Source: Ramazzottius varieornatus
Lineage: Eukaryota > Animalia > Tardigrada
DNA length: 64,000 bases
NCBI GenBank assembly: GCA_001949185.1
Contig: BDGG01000003.1
Location: forward strand, 3,951,158 to 4,015,157
Direction of reading: 5' to 3'
Shown: positions 61,513 through 64,000 of the stretch, one piece after another
How positions within the stretch are numbered: the first letter of the stretch is position 1
Layout: each line of letters starts with the position of its first letter
Position numbers and translations under genes: made by a program
Notes under the pieces: generated by a model
Database searches by the model: none
Seen by the model: the letters and a program-made list of their open reading frames with translations, nothing else
Told to the model about the DNA's origin: nothing

Positions 61513-64000
61513 TTAGCGAGATGTCCAGTTTCCGTTTGAAAATACTGATTGCCGGTAGTCGTTTCTTCTTTATGGGTTCTTTGACGGCATCTGAGTACCA
61601 ACTGGCAATCTGCCTGACTCCATCCTGAGGAACGATCTGGCTAAATGCATCTGGTAGCTCTTGGTGAGTAATGCAGCGGAAGACGACGTCGGACCAAAAG
61701 GCAATCAGCCCTGTAAACCAAGCAATATTTTACGAAGAGCGGGTCAGCGAGAAGCAACTCTGGACTTCATACTTTTGCAACCCTGTATTAAAGGCTCTTT
61801 TACTTCCGTGTCGTAAACGGCTCCGAACCGCATCACATCTTTCAGTTGTCTCTTTGCGTATTCGGCAATCTCGTTAGTCAGCTGGCTTTCCTCGGTAGTG
61901 ATGGTCCGGAAGAAGTGACGACGCTGCCATTTAGAGTATTCTAGCATTTTGGGATGCTCCGAACTATTCGTTACCACCAGTAACTGCAAAAAGCTGCTGT
62001 GTACATGACGGAGACCTCGGCGAACGAACTCGGCAAGATCGGTTCCCCAAGTTGCTCACGCTATCGGTGAATGGTGCCGAGAACGTGCGCCACTTGGAAA
62101 AACGATGTCATCGAGTGTATGGACCGAACTCGGAATTCTGCGGCTTGTACGAACGAGGAAGTGCTCTGATGCAGTCTTTTCTTACAGTGTCGGTGAGCCA
62201 GTTGAGGTCCTCCATCGTTAATGTGTTCTCGCTGCCGGAAGGAGAAAGCTGTGAATGGTAGAAGTCCTCCAGAAGTTGCGTAGTGTGAGTTATGTCGATA
62301 CCGCTGGTTTTCCTGGTAAAGGCCACGAACCCCGTGTTGGTTAGCCGTGGCATAATAACCTCTTCCAGGTACTTGTGGTGCACTTCCGCCATTTCCAAGA
62401 GCCAGCACTTGGCTAGAATACCTGCAATGAACCGATGTGGGGAGGCATGTTGTTTATACTGATGAAATGTGTTGATATACTGTATTGGTAGATATGGCCT
62501 AAACCATTTTACCTTTCTTCCGGGTACAGAGCTGACGTTCTTGACGTTTGAACGGCATCAAGATACACGTCGTAATGAGCACATGGAAAAGCAACACCGC
62601 TATTTGGATACCCAAGACCACACCCATAGATATAACTCTGGTTTCGAGTTGTATGTGGTCGGCGTTCAAGCGGAACCAAAAGAGCAATAAGGCTAAGGTT
62701 TCCAGCACCTGCAGTCCGCCCGTTATCCAGAAGGTCTTTGTCCCACTAGTGAGCAGGTAATCCACACAGTTGGACGCCGTTTCGTCCTCCGTGGCGTCCA
62801 TCAGAGGCGGGAACACCAGGGTGGCCGCCGCTGCGGTGAGAATGTCCGGATGGTTGGTTCGATTGTACAGAATCAAGCGGAAGTCAGGCAGGAACTTGTT
62901 GGCTGATTTGGGACCAGCCAGCCACATCATGCCGTACACGATGGACAGATGGACAGTGATGAAGACTAGAGCGTCCAACCAAGGGTAAGGCGCCACGGTA
63001 AACGCCACGGCCAGTGCCACCGCACGAGCAACAACGTAGAGGGCGTCCATGAAGCCTTGCAGGATGAAGTTGAAGAGGATCGTCGGAGAGTAGCGAAACC
63101 GGTAAAAGTAATACCCGTGGATGGATTCGTCCAGGTCGCCTTGGTCGGGGTCCTTATCTAGAATCTTAGCCTGGGCCAGCGCCAGAGTGTGGTGGTAGAA
63201 GGCCAGAGACACGGTGGAAAAGGCTACGGAACTCCAGCTGAACCATGAGATGTTCTTTAGGTCCCGATCATGTCTACAGCCGTAAGCATCTTTACCACAA
63301 CGTTGTATTCCTCCCTAAAATCCAGAGATATACTTACAGCAGTTCCGCTATAGTGTAACTCTGGAAGATCAGCTGTGGTAAGGCTTCAAGATGAACTTCC
63401 AGACGAACAGCTGATACGCGGGCCCAGTTGGAGACGCGGAAGTTCTTGACCGAGTTGTAGTGCGCCCAGGCTTCTTCCGGTCCCATCGGCTGTTTCCTTT
63501 GCCGGACAACTTCCTTGTATTCCTTTGCAGCAATCATACACCTGTAGGAAGCGAGGTATCAGAAAAAGGGTCACTTCCGGGTTGAAGAGCTGAAGACTTA
63601 CCAGTAGAACGGCTCGAATGGGTGCGTCAAGTAAAATGGGTACTTTTTGTAGACCTTGTAGTAGCCGAAAGACACGAGAAATGGCAATGCGCTAATGGCA
63701 AAACTTATTCCGGCGTACCCGTAGAGTTCCTCCTGGAAATGGTATACCCCAACTGACAGATCGGAGATCAGATCCGCCACGAACAAGCCTGAGGGAAAGA
63801 GCTCTTTGTTGTGTCCCGCTGATAAGAACGTACTTCAAAAGTTACCTGTAGATATGACGTTTGCAAGCGAAGCGGTCCAGTCGATATCTGGAATATTAAT
63901 AGATAGCATACAAAGGTTTTCTACCGAAACGCGAACAGGTCAACCGGACAAATTCTTTGCGTAGTCTTACCGAAGGCATCTTTGCGGCAGATGAGCCAAG
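61513..64000 (-). CDS. XK-related (Xkr scramblase family) protein, 5' end beyond the window
   Basis: FVADLISDLSVGVYHF, LEVHLEALPQLIFQSY, SWSSVAFSTVSL, VARAVALAV and further TM segments. Confidence 0.85.
62013..62131. repeat. Hairpin element, XK-related gene intron
   Basis: CTCGG..CCAAGTTGCTCACG..CGTGCGCCACTTGG..CCGA. Confidence 0.75.

Noticed and set aside
5166-62131. Hairpin elements as introners, CRISPR repeats, REP/attC sites or snoRNAs
   Set aside because: Element ends do not coincide with splice sites; copies are dispersed rather than arrayed, in a eukaryotic context with no cas or integrase genes; no consistent C/D or H/ACA boxes seen

Overview
Compact, intron-rich eukaryotic (animal) genomic DNA: GT-AG introns are mostly 50-90 nt, genes are densely packed, and there is one scaffold gap at 797-1703. 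Gene style and content suggest a tardigrade such as Ramazzottius (inference only). Genes assembled by hand from exons: two P2X receptor paralogues flanking a claudin/PMP22-like gene, MIOX, an F-box pseudogene, FCHO, an orphan gene, a tail-less HMGB, a Shisa/CX-like membrane protein, a corazonin/GnRH-type GPCR, three tandem secreted atypical Kazal-like genes, an MS4A-like gene, a secreted Cys-rich/cadherin-like gene, CDC16/ANAPC6, a DAZAP1/Hrp48-like hnRNP and an XK-related gene. Mobile DNA comprises a pogo/Tc1-mariner-type element nested in a 584-bp MITE (whose empty copy lies in the GPCR intron) and a Harbinger/PHIS-like deletion derivative. The most striking unexplained signal is a dispersed ~110-200-bp palindromic element with core CAAGTGGCGCAC-N~20-26-GTGCGCCACTTG. 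It occurs in roughly 25 copies, mostly in the middle of otherwise minimal-size introns, and its arms carry copy-specific compensatory changes. Exon boundaries and copy coordinates were read by eye and are approximate.
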